64,000 nucleotides of DNA from Candidatus Nomurabacteria bacterium (GTDB lineage: Bacteria > Patescibacteriota > Minisyncoccia > Phycocordibacterales > UBA9973), in the NCBI GenBank assembly GCA_026395965.1, contig JAPLXS010000004.1, positions 686-64,685 on the forward strand. The letters are read 5' to 3'. Position numbers and translations under genes: made by a program. The notes beneath the pieces are model-generated. The model worked only from the letters and a program-made list of their open reading frames with translations, did no database searches and was not told the origin of the DNA. Below, piece by piece: positions 1-10,153 of this stretch. The stretch's first letter is position 1; every line of letters starts with the position of its first letter.

Positions 1-235
1 TACTGGGTTGGCTTGCGTGTTTAATTCGAAAGACTTTTCATTATCAGCTATGCTGATTGAAAAGTACCTGGCTATGTAATAGACGAAAAGTGTATTCATG
101 GTCTCTTCTCTGTATTGTATTTCTTTATATAAATTTATTTATAGGACTCGTAATTTCACTCATATTATCACCTTGACAATTTAACCATAAAATGTATAAT
201 AAACAAAAATAAGTAAATTTTAAAAACAAAAAATA

Positions 236-631
236 ATGGAAGATTTGAAAGAATTTGTTAAATTTTCTCAAGATGAACTTGATGTGTTCGAAGTGAAAAT
301 TTTAGAAAAAATGGCCATAAATAAAGCGTCAATAATTGACATTAAAAGTTCATTGGTAAACCACAATGGTACAAATGATACTTATAGTAGTTTTATTGCG
401 GACGAAGAAGGTCATTTAAATGGTTTAAGAATTGAAAAAGAGTTATCTTTATCTCGTGCTGAAAAATATCAAGGAGAATTAAAAGCTGCTTTAGCTCGAA
501 TTTACACAGGACTTTATGGCATATGTCGTATTACTGGTGCTCGTATTCCCAAAGAGAGACTTTTTGCAAATTTGATCGCAACCACATGTATACATGCAAA
601 AAATGCAGAAAAATTAGAAAACAACAAATAG
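236..631 (+). CDS. DksA/TraR-family C4-type zinc-finger-like protein (degenerate finger)
   Basis: C-terminal C-x2-T-x17-C-x-H spacing with ..IPKERL..A.. core typical of DksA/TraR fingers; followed by a hairpin terminator. Confidence 0.5.
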   Translation: MEDLKEFVKFSQDELDVFEVKILEKMAINKASIIDIKSSLVNHNGTNDTYSSFIADEEGHLNGLRIEKELSLSRAEKYQGELKAALARIYTGLYGICRITGARIPKERLFANLIATTCIHAKNAEKLENNK

Positions 632-650
632 TTTATAATCAATAAAAACA

Positions 651-682
651 AGCCGCTTCACCCGAAGCGGTTTTTATTTTTA
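651..682 (+). terminator. rho-independent terminator
   Basis: GC hairpin aagccgcttcacccgaagcgg followed by a T-run. Confidence 0.6.
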
Positions 683-853
683 GATTATTGTTTCCATGCT
701 ATAATAGTAGCAATGAGATTAAACAGCATGTCTTACTGGGCAATAGTTTTTATTTTAGTTTTGTTGGTTGTAGTAACTTACGTATTTTTTTATAGAATAC
801 TAGAGGCGTACCAAACAAGTATTATTATAGATATGCAATCAGTATAAAATAAA

Positions 854-1390
854 ATGATCAAATTAACACTTAGTCAAAGAATCAAAAAGAATATCTGGAA
901 ACGCCTTTATTTTGTATTTCCATGGGCACAATCACATTTTTTGAAATGGCATTTAGCTTGGCATGAAAAGGGACGACAGCCATACCACATAGGGTGGCTT
1001 GCTCCAGGAAAAACATTGGAGGAATTAGAAAAACATCTTCATACTGAATGGGGTTTTGGAAATCACTTTGTAGCATGGAAAGACAATGGTCAAGTTTTGT
1101 CTTGGCGCAAACTCGAAAATTTTGATAATCAGTACCATATTCGTGTATTTAAAGATGGAGAGATAAGAGGGCATCATGAATACACTCCCGAAAGTAGACC
1201 TTTTGATCATTTTGGAGAAATAAACGAAGAGTCTCGCACAGAAGAATTTAGAAAATTTTTAGGACATTATATGGTTCTTAAAAAACATATCTCACACCTT
1301 AGACCAGATGTAAACATTGCCCCGGATTCAGAAATAACTGTTGACGACAAAAACTTTTCAAAAAACGGAAGAATTAAAAAAGCTGATTAA
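854..1390 (+). CDS. hypothetical protein
   Basis: 178-aa ORF with no recognisable motif; terminator downstream. Confidence 0.45.
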   Translation: MIKLTLSQRIKKNIWKRLYFVFPWAQSHFLKWHLAWHEKGRQPYHIGWLAPGKTLEELEKHLHTEWGFGNHFVAWKDNGQVLSWRKLENFDNQYHIRVFKDGEIRGHHEYTPESRPFDHFGEINEESRTEEFRKFLGHYMVLKKHISHLRPDVNIAPDSEITVDDKNFSKNGRIKKAD

Positions 1391-1402
1391 ATATATAAGT
1401 TA

Positions 1403-1432
1403 AAAACCTCATAAAATTTTATGAGGTTTTTT
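1403..1432. terminator. bidirectional hairpin terminator between convergent genes
   Basis: aaaacctcataaaattttatgaggtttttt perfect hairpin flanked by A and T runs. Confidence 0.6.
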
Positions 1433-1468
1433 AATATGTGATTATTTTAATATTTATCAAATACAATT

Positions 1469-2662
1469 TTATTTTTTTGATTCTGGATATACAATATCCC
1501 AAAGAGAGCTTGCTATGTTGTGGGGTTTTCCTACGAGAGGGAAGTGATGAAGGTCTATAAATGGAGCACTGTTGCATTCTATCACTCCACATCTTGGTTG
1601 GTCACGCCATGAGATAGATACATCGTCCATTATAAAATCTACTCCTATAAGTGGGTCATCTAAAACCTTTGCTACTTTTTCGAGCATTTCTATATTGTCT
1701 TTGTGTACGATTTCAGTCATGTCTGTTATACCACCGCCTACTGCACGACTTGTTTTTTGACCAAGAGTTATTATTTGGTCCTTTTTTGGAATTGTATTTT
1801 CATCATGATTCCAGTGTTTTAATTCTTTTATAGCTTCTTCGTCGAGTTTTAATTGATGAAATATTGGACCAGAACGCAATGGATTTTTGTTTTCAATTTC
1901 AATAAGTTCTTTTATATTATGTATTCCATCTCCTATCACATAAGCTGGTTCACGACGAAGCACAGCTACTAGCTTGCCACCGATAAGTGTTCCTCTGAAA
2001 ACATATCCAGAAAGCTCTTCTTCTATCATCACCCAAGGTGAAAGCTGGCGAGCTATCTTGAATGCAGTCAAAAATTCTTTTTCTTCACTGAGGTGAGTTG
2101 TAGTATGACGACTTCGTGATCCTAGATTTGGTTTTGTGATAACAGGCTTACTAAGAGAATTAAAAATTTTCAAAGCATTTTTTGTAGAATGAGTTACACC
2201 ACCTTCAGCCATTTTTATACCAGCTTTTTTAAAATGCTTTTTCATTTCTCCTTTATTGTCCATCCATTCTAGTCCTTTTGGGTTGTATATCTTAGGACGG
2301 GGAAGAACATCAAAGAACCTCTTGTCTCCTTTATAGTTAGATACAAATATATCGTGACCAACATTAAAAAGACGAAATTCATACATGTTGATTCCTCTGC
2401 TTATGGCTTCGTTCCACAATACTTGTGTCCTACCACTATCATCATTTTTTGGTTCATAGGATATTTTTCCAAGTCTCAGAAAAGTTAAAGACTTTGTAAG
2501 TCCAGTACCCATCCAATCAAAAGATGTTTCGGGTATTAATTTACTCATCCAGTTTGTCCATGGGTCAATGAGTGTTCCAAGTAATACTGAAGTATAAGCT
2601 ACGATATGATTTGTTTGACTTCCTCCACAATTTACACAATAATTTTTATTTTTATTAGACAT
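1469..2662 (-). CDS. ATP-grasp domain protein (cyanophycin synthetase/RimK-like ligase fold)
   Basis: 397 aa with an ATP-grasp-like K-P-x-x-G-S-R motif block and Gly-rich loops; N-terminal CxxCGG. Confidence 0.5.
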   Translation of the reverse strand: MSNKNKNYCVNCGGSQTNHIVAYTSVLLGTLIDPWTNWMSKLIPETSFDWMGTGLTKSLTFLRLGKISYEPKNDDSGRTQVLWNEAISRGINMYEFRLFNVGHDIFVSNYKGDKRFFDVLPRPKIYNPKGLEWMDNKGEMKKHFKKAGIKMAEGGVTHSTKNALKIFNSLSKPVITKPNLGSRSRHTTTHLSEEKEFLTAFKIARQLSPWVMIEEELSGYVFRGTLIGGKLVAVLRREPAYVIGDGIHNIKELIEIENKNPLRSGPIFHQLKLDEEAIKELKHWNHDENTIPKKDQIITLGQKTSRAVGGGITDMTEIVHKDNIEMLEKVAKVLDDPLIGVDFIMDDVSISWRDQPRCGVIECNSAPFIDLHHFPLVGKPHNIASSLWDIVYPESKK

Positions 2663-2712
2663 TACTCACAATAATAACATATTTATATTTTATTCAAAAA
2701 ATTTAAATGCAC

Positions 2713-2838
2713 TTTATTTAAAAATAACTAAAATAGCTCTTTTCGAAATGCATTGCGGAACGCGTCGGCGTGAGCATAACAAATTTTCAGTAGAAAATTA
2801 TGTGCGGATTTTGAAAAGAGTTATTTTAGTTATTTTTA
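2713..2838. repeat. about 27-bp imperfect inverted repeats flanking a 65-bp GC-richer core
   Basis: aaaataactaaaatagctcttttcgaaa ... tttgaaaagagttattttagttatttt seen directly; lies between the comF stop and the ATP-grasp gene start. Confidence 0.5.
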
Positions 2839-2851
2839 TTTATACATACTA

Positions 2852-3523
2852 TTAGTGCGCAACAGCAAAACCATAAACTTTTTTAGCTCCTGCTTTTTTT
2901 AAAACCTTCATTATCTCTAGCATTGTCCCTCCTGTTGTTGTTACGTCATCTATCACAATGATTGTTCTGCCTTTTACTATTTCTTTATTTTTAATTTCAA
3001 AAACACCCCGAACATTTTCTAATCTCTTTTTTCTATTTGTAATTTTTGCTTGAGGAATAGTATCTAATTTTTTAATAACTATTTTATTTTGAATCTCAAA
3101 TACTTTATTTTCACATGAATCACAAAAACTTTTAGACAATACAAGAGCTTGGTTGTATCCTCGGGTTTTTGTTTTACCTATTGAGATAGGGGTGGGTACA
3201 ACGTATATAGACCTACCAGGTACACTCATTTTTATATCTGAAATATCTTCTATTAAATATTCGTACAATAGTTGTCCTAGTTTTTCACCTATATATCGTT
3301 TGTGGTGGTATTTCAATTCCCATATAGCTTTTTTTATTATAGGATCTTGATAATTAAATACTGCAGATATGCCACCTTCTATCTCTCTTTCATTTAGGCT
3401 TATTTTTCTAATACAATCGTTACATAGGATCTGGTTTTTTATATTACACCCAATGCATTTTGTGGGGAATATTGTATCTAATATAAAATCTTTAATTTTG
3501 TTAACATATTTGTGTATTTCCAT
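2852..3523 (-). CDS. comF: ComF family protein (phosphoribosyltransferase-like, ComFC)
   Basis: N-terminal double CxxC zinc ribbon and C-terminal PRTase motif IIVIDDVTTTGGT. Confidence 0.75.
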   Translation of the reverse strand: MEIHKYVNKIKDFILDTIFPTKCIGCNIKNQILCNDCIRKISLNEREIEGGISAVFNYQDPIIKKAIWELKYHHKRYIGEKLGQLLYEYLIEDISDIKMSVPGRSIYVVPTPISIGKTKTRGYNQALVLSKSFCDSCENKVFEIQNKIVIKKLDTIPQAKITNRKKRLENVRGVFEIKNKEIVKGRTIIVIDDVTTTGGTMLEIMKVLKKAGAKKVYGFAVAH

Positions 3524-3530
3524 TTTCTTA

Positions 3531-3559
3531 TTTTACAATAGATATGTTACAATAGATAT
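3531..3559. promoter_or_regulatory. tandem 13-bp direct repeat in the 45-bp comF/pilM divergent promoter region
   Basis: ttacaatagatat occurs twice with a 3-bp spacer; each copy contains a tacaat -10-like hexamer. Confidence 0.35.
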
Positions 3560-3568
3560 TGATTAAAC

Positions 3569-4702
3569 ATGGATAATTCATTAAAAAAAATATTTTCTGA
3601 AGGACTCACTAGTATAACAAATGCTTTTGCTTCCAATAAATCTAAAGACCAAGCACTTGGTATTGATATTGGTACTTCTTCTATAAAAGTTGTTCAGTTA
3701 AAAAAGAAAGGTGGTAAGGCTATACTTGAAACGTATGGTGTTATTTCATTGGGTCCATACGGTAAAGTCGACATTGGTTCAGTGACAAATCTACAAACAG
3801 AAGAGATATCACGAGCACTTCTTGATGTAATAAAAGAATCAAATGTAACTACAAATTCAGCGGTAATAGCAATACCTTCATTATCAAGTTTGATATTCAC
3901 ACTATCTTTGCCTGGCACAATATCAGAAGGTCAGTTATCAAAGATTGTTCCTATTGAAGCTCGTAAATATATTCCAGTTCCTATTTCAGAAGTTGCTCTT
4001 GATTGGTTTATTATTCCCAAAGAAGCAGAGTTCGAAACTGATACAGATGCTCGAAAAGTTGTTGATGACAAAATAGAAGTCTTGGTTGTTGCTATTCACA
4101 ATGACACATTGTCAAAATATCAAGAAGTATTGAAAAAAACAGATTTACATTCAGAATCTTTTGAAATGGAAATTTTTAGTAATATACGTTCATGTTTCAA
4201 CCGTGACCTAGCTCCAGTATTGCTGATTGATTTTGGAGCTTCTAAAACAAAAGCTTCTATCGTAGAAGCGGGGATCGTGCGTGTGTTCCACGTTGTTAAC
4301 AGAGGTTCACAAGATATAACTAAAAATATATCACAGTCCATGAGCATTCCTTTTGAAGAAGCAGAAAAATTAAAAAGATCAGTCGGACTAGATGCAAGCA
4401 TTGACCCAAGAGTAGAAAATATTACACGCTTATCTGTAGATTATATCTTTTCAGACATAAACAGTGTTGTACTTGCATTTGAAAAGAAGTATAATAAAAA
4501 TATTAGTAAAGTTATTTTAGTTGGAGGTGGTTCGTTGCTTCGAGGTTTACTCGAAAATGCAAAAGAAAATTTTAAGACTGAAGTTATCTACGGTAGCCCT
4601 TTTTCGAAAACAGAAGCACCTGCTTTCCTCGCACCGATATTGGAAATTAGTGGACCAGAGTTTGCGGTAGCAGTAGGTCTCGCACTACGTCAATTATCAT
4701 AA
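3569..4702 (+). CDS. pilM: type IV pilus assembly protein PilM
   Basis: Actin-like ATPase fold with GIDIGTSSIKVV N-terminus; first gene of a pilMNO block. Confidence 0.85.
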   Translation: MDNSLKKIFSEGLTSITNAFASNKSKDQALGIDIGTSSIKVVQLKKKGGKAILETYGVISLGPYGKVDIGSVTNLQTEEISRALLDVIKESNVTTNSAVIAIPSLSSLIFTLSLPGTISEGQLSKIVPIEARKYIPVPISEVALDWFIIPKEAEFETDTDARKVVDDKIEVLVVAIHNDTLSKYQEVLKKTDLHSESFEMEIFSNIRSCFNRDLAPVLLIDFGASKTKASIVEAGIVRVFHVVNRGSQDITKNISQSMSIPFEEAEKLKRSVGLDASIDPRVENITRLSVDYIFSDINSVVLAFEKKYNKNISKVILVGGGSLLRGLLENAKENFKTEVIYGSPFSKTEAPAFLAPILEISGPEFAVAVGLALRQLS

Positions 4703-4712
4703 AATTATAATT

Positions 4713-5456
4713 ATGGAAAATTCATTTCAAACATCTTTTATACCAAAGAAGCCAATAACTTCTTCTGTGTCTAGTAGGGAGCCTACAAGTCTCTTTTCTA
4801 TAATAGCTACTTTTTTGTTGATTCTTTCAATAATCGCACCTATTGGACTATTTTTTTACAAATCTTACTTAACTAAACAAAAAGAGTCACTTTCAGCATC
4901 TCTTCTGATTGCTCGTAATAGTTTTGAAAAAGATACTATAGATGAGCTTGGTTCATTTGATAAAAGAATAGGTATAGCAAAACAGCTTTTAAATAGTCAT
5001 ATTATTTTGTCACCAATGTTTAGCCTTTTGGGGGATTTAACAATTCCATCTGTTCAATATACAAATTTTAGTCAACAAAGTACTGACAAAGGATTTACCG
5101 TAACAGTAGATGGTATCGCTAGTGATTATAAATCAATAGTTAATCAGTCTGAAGCGTTTGGTAGTGCAAAAGGTAGCACATTTAAAAATGTACTATTTTC
5201 CAATTTAACAAAAGACAAAAACAATAATGTTAGTTTCAACCTAAAGTTTGATGTTGCTCCTAGCCTTTTGTCTTATAAAAACAACAGTGCATACAATGCC
5301 CAAGCAGGCTCAACAAATAATCCTGTAAATACAACAGTAAATACAGCAACACCTCAATCAAATACTCCTGCTAGTCCTGCTGTTGGTACTCCAAATCCTC
5401 AACTAAACACAACCGTTAATCTATCATTACCAAACTTAAATAACCCAAAACAATAA
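4713..5456 (+). CDS. pilN: PilN-like type IV pilus assembly protein
   Basis: Single N-terminal TM after a short cytoplasmic tail; position after pilM; P/T/N-rich low-complexity C-terminus. Confidence 0.6.
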   Translation: MENSFQTSFIPKKPITSSVSSREPTSLFSIIATFLLILSIIAPIGLFFYKSYLTKQKESLSASLLIARNSFEKDTIDELGSFDKRIGIAKQLLNSHIILSPMFSLLGDLTIPSVQYTNFSQQSTDKGFTVTVDGIASDYKSIVNQSEAFGSAKGSTFKNVLFSNLTKDKNNNVSFNLKFDVAPSLLSYKNNSAYNAQAGSTNNPVNTTVNTATPQSNTPASPAVGTPNPQLNTTVNLSLPNLNNPKQ

Positions 5457-5460
5457 TTTT

Positions 5461-6084
5461 ATGAAATTAATTGTATCAATTTCATTCATAGTTATATCAA
5501 TCGCATCATTTTTCATCTTTACAGATCCTCTTTATGCCGATATTCAAAAATTAAACACAGAAGTTGCTACTTATAATACAGCTTTAGATAACTCCATGGA
5601 GTTACAAAAAACAAGAGATAATCTAATTGAAGTATATAAAAATGTAAAAAAGGAGGACAAAGACAACCTGGATCATTTGTTACCAAGTACTATCGGCAAT
5701 ATTGAATTAATTCTTGAAATAGAAAAGATTGCAAACCTATATGGTATGCCGATCAAAAATATTAAATTTGATACAAAAGGCCTAGAAGCAGGAATCGTAA
5801 ACAAAGATAATGTTGTTGTAGCTACAAAAGACCCAGCTGACTTGTTGCCATATGGAGTTTTCCCTATGGAATTTGTCATTGACGGAAAGTACGATACTTT
5901 TGTTTCATTCTTAAAAGATATTGAGCACAATTTACGTTTAGTAGATATTAAATCCATTTCTTTCACTGTTCCTCAGCAGACTACAGGTGCAGTTGCTGCA
6001 CAAGCAGGTGGAGCAGCAGGAAATACAACCAATCCAAATATTTATAGTTTTTCATTAAAAATTGAAACTTATTGGCTAAAATAA
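5461..6084 (+). CDS. pilO: PilO-like type IV pilus assembly protein
   Basis: N-terminal TM plus coiled coil; position between pilN and pilB. Confidence 0.6.
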   Translation: MKLIVSISFIVISIASFFIFTDPLYADIQKLNTEVATYNTALDNSMELQKTRDNLIEVYKNVKKEDKDNLDHLLPSTIGNIELILEIEKIANLYGMPIKNIKFDTKGLEAGIVNKDNVVVATKDPADLLPYGVFPMEFVIDGKYDTFVSFLKDIEHNLRLVDIKSISFTVPQQTTGAVAAQAGGAAGNTTNPNIYSFSLKIETYWLK

Positions 6085-6085
6085 T

Positions 6086-6742
6086 ATGAAAAAAAGACAT
6101 AACAAATTCTTAATAATATCAACAATCATCCTTGTGTCTGGTGGAGTTTATTTATATTCTTCGGGGAATTCAAGCAAAGATAGTATTGTTCCAGTTGCTT
6201 TTGGTGCTTCTCTAGTTTCATCTACAGGTGCAGGATCTCCAGATGTTAACCCAGCATTGGCAGGTGATACAGGTTCCGATATAGCATTTCTTAATACACT
6301 TGTTTCTCTGAAAAAGATAAAACTGGGTGTTGATTTATTTTCAACAGATTCTTTTAAGTCTCTCAAAAATAATTCTGTAAAAATAGAATCAGTTAAACCA
6401 GGAAGAATGAATCCCTTTGCTCCAATATCAGCAGCTGAAGTTGTAGTTGTAGGTACTACGCCAATGGTTGCGACTGATCAGCCTACAGATATTACAGACA
6501 AAACTGTTGTATTAAATGGAACTGTAAATGCTACTACAGCAGTGACCGATACTTATTTTGAATATAGTTCAAGTTTGCTACCAGCAACAACCATCGTAGC
6601 TATATCAAAGTTGTCACTTGTGGGTACTTTTGTTAAAACTATTGTAGGGTTAACTCCAAAAACAACCTACTCTTTTAAAGCTTGTGCAAAAATTAATAAC
6701 ATAGCAAATTGTGGAGAAGTAGTCTCATTCACTACAAAATAA
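6086..6742 (+). CDS. PilP-like membrane-anchored hypothetical protein
   Basis: N-terminal TM, T/V-rich extracellular region; synteny only. Confidence 0.4.
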   Translation: MKKRHNKFLIISTIILVSGGVYLYSSGNSSKDSIVPVAFGASLVSSTGAGSPDVNPALAGDTGSDIAFLNTLVSLKKIKLGVDLFSTDSFKSLKNNSVKIESVKPGRMNPFAPISAAEVVVVGTTPMVATDQPTDITDKTVVLNGTVNATTAVTDTYFEYSSSLLPATTIVAISKLSLVGTFVKTIVGLTPKTTYSFKACAKINNIANCGEVVSFTTK

Positions 6743-6746
6743 ATCA

Positions 6747-8486
6747 ATGGTACTTATAGAAGAACTTATAAAACGTGGTCTTCTTAAAGAGAGTGATGTT
6801 GCAAATTTAGAAAAAATTGCCAATGAAAAATATAATGGCAATATAAATGAAGCACTACTCGACTTTAATCTAGATGAAGAAAAAATACTCGAAATAAAAG
6901 GAGAGATTTTTAATATTCCTATCAAGAGTGTTGACCCTAAAAGTGTGCCAGTTTCAGTTCTTCAGCTCGTACCAGTAGGTGCTGCCAAGATATATCATTT
7001 TGCTCCGATAAATCTAACTGATAGTTTTTTGGAAATTGGAATAGTTGATCCAGACAATATTCAAGCAGTTGATGCCCTTACTTTCATTACAGCTAAATTA
7101 AATAAACCATTTAAGTTGTATTTGATTACAACATCTGTTTACAATAAGTTGATGGAAAGATATGAGGGCGATAGTACTATAGGGGTAGATCAAGCTCTAA
7201 ATGAACTCGATAGTGAGATAGCAGGAGCCCTAGATGGAGGTGTCTCTATAGAATCATCTGCAAAAACATCAGACACTCTCAAACCAGGTGAAGAAGAAAA
7301 AATAGTTGAAGATGCACCTATTATTAAAATAGTTGCAGTTATATTGCGTAGTGCAACAGAAGGACTTGCTTCCGATATTCATATTGAAAATACAGGGGAC
7401 AAGGTGAAGGTTCGTTTCCGTGTTGATGGAGTTTTGCATACATCACTTTACCTACCTATCAATGTATACAACGGAGTTATAGCTCGCATAAAGATTCTTT
7501 CAAAACTTAGACTAGATGAAAAACGTAAGCCACAAGACGGAGGATTTTCTGCAAAGATAGACAATCGTAAAATCGATTTTCGTGTTTCTACTATGCCATC
7601 ATATTTTGGAGAAAAGATAGTTATGCGTATTTTGGATTCACAAAAAGGTATACAAAAGATTGATGATATTGGTCTTTCTGTTGAAAATGTAGCTTTGATT
7701 CGTGAAGCATTAAAACGCCCCTATGGTCTTATATTACTTACTGGTCCTACTGGTTCCGGTAAGACAACTTCTCTGTATTCTATGTTAAGTGAATTAAATA
7801 ATGAAGATAAAAATATTGTTTCACTAGAAGATCCAGTTGAATACAAGATAGATGGAGTAAATCAGTCTCAGGTTATGCCAGAGATAGGATACACTTTTGC
7901 TTCTGGTCTACGTTCTATACTTCGCCAAGACCCCAATGTTATATTGGTGGGAGAAATCCGCGATAAAGAAACAGCCGAACTAGCTATTCAAGCTGCTCTT
8001 ACTGGTCACTTGGTTTTATCTACTTTACACACAAACAATTCTATTGGTGCTATTCCTCGTTTGATAGACATGGGAATAGATCCATATCTTATTGCGCCTA
8101 CTCTTATTCTTTGCATTGCACAGCGTTTGGCTCGTAAAATTCATCCAAGTTCAAAACATGCTATTCCTATAGACGATGCAACAAAACTAATGTTTGAAAA
8201 ACAGTTTGCAGATTTGCCTGTTGAATATAAATCCAAAATTAATTTAGGTGATACTATATATGAAGCTGTGCCTTCAAATGAAAGTTCTTCTGGTATGAGT
8301 GGACGTATAGCTTTGTTTGAAATGTTTAAAATAGACAAAGAGATGCAAGATATCATCTTAAAGAACCCAGAAGAACTTATTATTTATAATTATGCTCGTT
8401 CAAAAGGAATGCTTACACTCAAAGAAGATGCAATTTTGAAAAGTATAAATGGTGATATTCCAATACAAGAAGCTTTTGCTGTTTAA
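6747..8486 (+). CDS. pilB: type IV pilus assembly ATPase PilB (GspE family)
   Basis: GspE_N-like N-terminal domain, Walker A GPTGSGKTT, Asp/His boxes. Confidence 0.9.
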   Translation: MVLIEELIKRGLLKESDVANLEKIANEKYNGNINEALLDFNLDEEKILEIKGEIFNIPIKSVDPKSVPVSVLQLVPVGAAKIYHFAPINLTDSFLEIGIVDPDNIQAVDALTFITAKLNKPFKLYLITTSVYNKLMERYEGDSTIGVDQALNELDSEIAGALDGGVSIESSAKTSDTLKPGEEEKIVEDAPIIKIVAVILRSATEGLASDIHIENTGDKVKVRFRVDGVLHTSLYLPINVYNGVIARIKILSKLRLDEKRKPQDGGFSAKIDNRKIDFRVSTMPSYFGEKIVMRILDSQKGIQKIDDIGLSVENVALIREALKRPYGLILLTGPTGSGKTTSLYSMLSELNNEDKNIVSLEDPVEYKIDGVNQSQVMPEIGYTFASGLRSILRQDPNVILVGEIRDKETAELAIQAALTGHLVLSTLHTNNSIGAIPRLIDMGIDPYLIAPTLILCIAQRLARKIHPSSKHAIPIDDATKLMFEKQFADLPVEYKSKINLGDTIYEAVPSNESSSGMSGRIALFEMFKIDKEMQDIILKNPEELIIYNYARSKGMLTLKEDAILKSINGDIPIQEAFAV

Positions 8487-8573
8487 TAGAAATTCATATA
8501 CCCATCACTTATTGTTATATCGAATACGATAGAACAACGGCACTCGGACAGCAAGCAAATGAATCGCTATTAA

Positions 8574-8689
8574 TTTGCTTATGCTCCTCGTTTGTTGTTA
8601 TATGGGGTGCCATAGAACAAAAGCGTTCGGACATTATGCAAATTAAAGATTACTTTATTTGCATATGCTCCTCACTTGTTGTTATAATA
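8574..8689. repeat. 116-bp conserved intergenic element, copy A, with partial upstream tandem unit(s) from about 8496
   Basis: 97% identical to 12135-12250 (3 mismatches); contains two internal half-repeats gcWtatgctcctcRYttgttgttata and ends in an extended -10-like tgttataata 5 nt before the ATG. Confidence 0.8.
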
Positions 8690-8694
8690 AATAT

Positions 8695-9087
8695 ATGGAA
8701 ACAGAACTCAAGAATATTTTAATTGTAGACGATGATAGTTTTCTTCTTGATATGTATGCATTAAAATTTATTAAATCCAATTTTAATGTTACCTCAGCTC
8801 TTGGGTCAGAGTTAGCCCTAGAAAAACTCAGAGGGGGACTCGTACCTGAGATTATTATTCTAGATATTATGATGCCAGTAATAGATGGGTTTGAGTTATT
8901 GGAAAAAATAAAAAGAGAAAATTTAGCCCCAAATGCAATAGTTATATTTCTCTCAAACAGAGGTCAGCCATCTGATGTAACTCGCGCAGAAGCAGCTGGT
9001 GCCTCGGGTTATATCATAAAAGCTTCATGTATACCTAGTGAAGTTGTAGAAAAAGTTGTTAAAATAATTAATAATACAAAGAAATAA
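8695..9087 (+). CDS. receiver-only response regulator (CheY/PilH-like)
   Basis: ILIVDDD ... ILDIMMP ... receiver motifs; no output domain; the ORF-track N-terminus MHMLLTCCYN comes from the repeat, the true start is METELK. Confidence 0.8.
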   Translation: METELKNILIVDDDSFLLDMYALKFIKSNFNVTSALGSELALEKLRGGLVPEIIILDIMMPVIDGFELLEKIKRENLAPNAIVIFLSNRGQPSDVTRAEAAGASGYIIKASCIPSEVVEKVVKIINNTKK

Positions 9088-9088
9088 T

Positions 9089-10150
9089 ATGGATTACAAA
9101 AATTTTGTTCATGTCTTGATAGAAAATCTAATAAACCAAGATGGGTCAGACTTACATCTAGGAGTAGGTCGCAAACCAGCTATAAGAATAAATGGACAGC
9201 TTGTTTTTCTTGTAAATAATCCTGCTTCAACAGAGGCTGATATGATGGGAGTTTTGGATGTGCTTATAGGACAAGATAGAGTTAAAAAATTTATAGATAC
9301 AAAAAATTCAGACTTCTCTGGTAATCTAAATGATGGCAAAGTTCAAATTCGTGGAAACGCATATTATCAGCGTGGCATGGTTTGTATTGCTATACGTTTA
9401 GTTCCAAAACCAAAAACATTTGAAACTTTAAATCTACCACCAATACTTCGCGATTTTTCTAGAAAAAAACAAGGATTTTTTCTTGTAGTAGGTCCAGTGG
9501 GACAAGGTAAGTCTACAACTCTATCTACTATGATCAATATGATAAATTCTGAAACATCATCTCACATAATGACTGTTGAAGATCCGATAGAATTTATATA
9601 TCAACCAGATAAGTCTATAGTAGATCAAAGAGAAGTGGGGGTAGATACTCCAGATTTTGTGGGAGCATTGAAAGCATTACTTCGTGAAGATGCAAATGTT
9701 CTTCTTATTGGAGAAATGCGTGACCCAGATACAATATCAGCGGCAGTTACAGCAGCTGAAACTGGGCATTTGGTATTTTCAACTTTACATACAAACAATG
9801 CTTCTCAAACCATAGACCGTATTATAGATTCATTTTCACCAGCACAGCAGGGACAGATTCGCTTGCAGTTGGCATCTAGTTTGCTTGGTATATTTTCACA
9901 GCGTTTGATTCCTCGTATTGCTGGTGGACGTATTCCAGCATATGAACTTCTCATAAACAACAAAGCTGTTGCAAACCTTATCAGAGAAAAGAGAACACAT
10001 GAGATAGATACAGTCATAGAGACTTCTTCACAAGAGGGTATGATAGATATGAACAGATGTCTTATCGACTTAGTACAAAGAGGAGAGATAAGTTTAGAAG
10101 TAGCTTATGAGTATTCAATTAATCCTAAGGCTCTAGAGCAAATGTTTTAA
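9089..10150 (+). CDS. pilT: twitching motility ATPase PilT
   Basis: Walker A GPVGQGKST, PilT-type Asp/His boxes, about 350 aa. Confidence 0.9.
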   Translation: MDYKNFVHVLIENLINQDGSDLHLGVGRKPAIRINGQLVFLVNNPASTEADMMGVLDVLIGQDRVKKFIDTKNSDFSGNLNDGKVQIRGNAYYQRGMVCIAIRLVPKPKTFETLNLPPILRDFSRKKQGFFLVVGPVGQGKSTTLSTMINMINSETSSHIMTVEDPIEFIYQPDKSIVDQREVGVDTPDFVGALKALLREDANVLLIGEMRDPDTISAAVTAAETGHLVFSTLHTNNASQTIDRIIDSFSPAQQGQIRLQLASSLLGIFSQRLIPRIAGGRIPAYELLINNKAVANLIREKRTHEIDTVIETSSQEGMIDMNRCLIDLVQRGEISLEVAYEYSINPKALEQMF

Positions 10151-10153
10151 TAT

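Noticed and set aside
8659-8694. Identical N-terminal peptide MHMLLTCCYN at the start of two unrelated ORFs (8659 and 12220)
   Set aside because: Both derive from translating the 116-bp duplicated non-coding element. The true starts are the ATGs immediately after the element (8695 and 12256).
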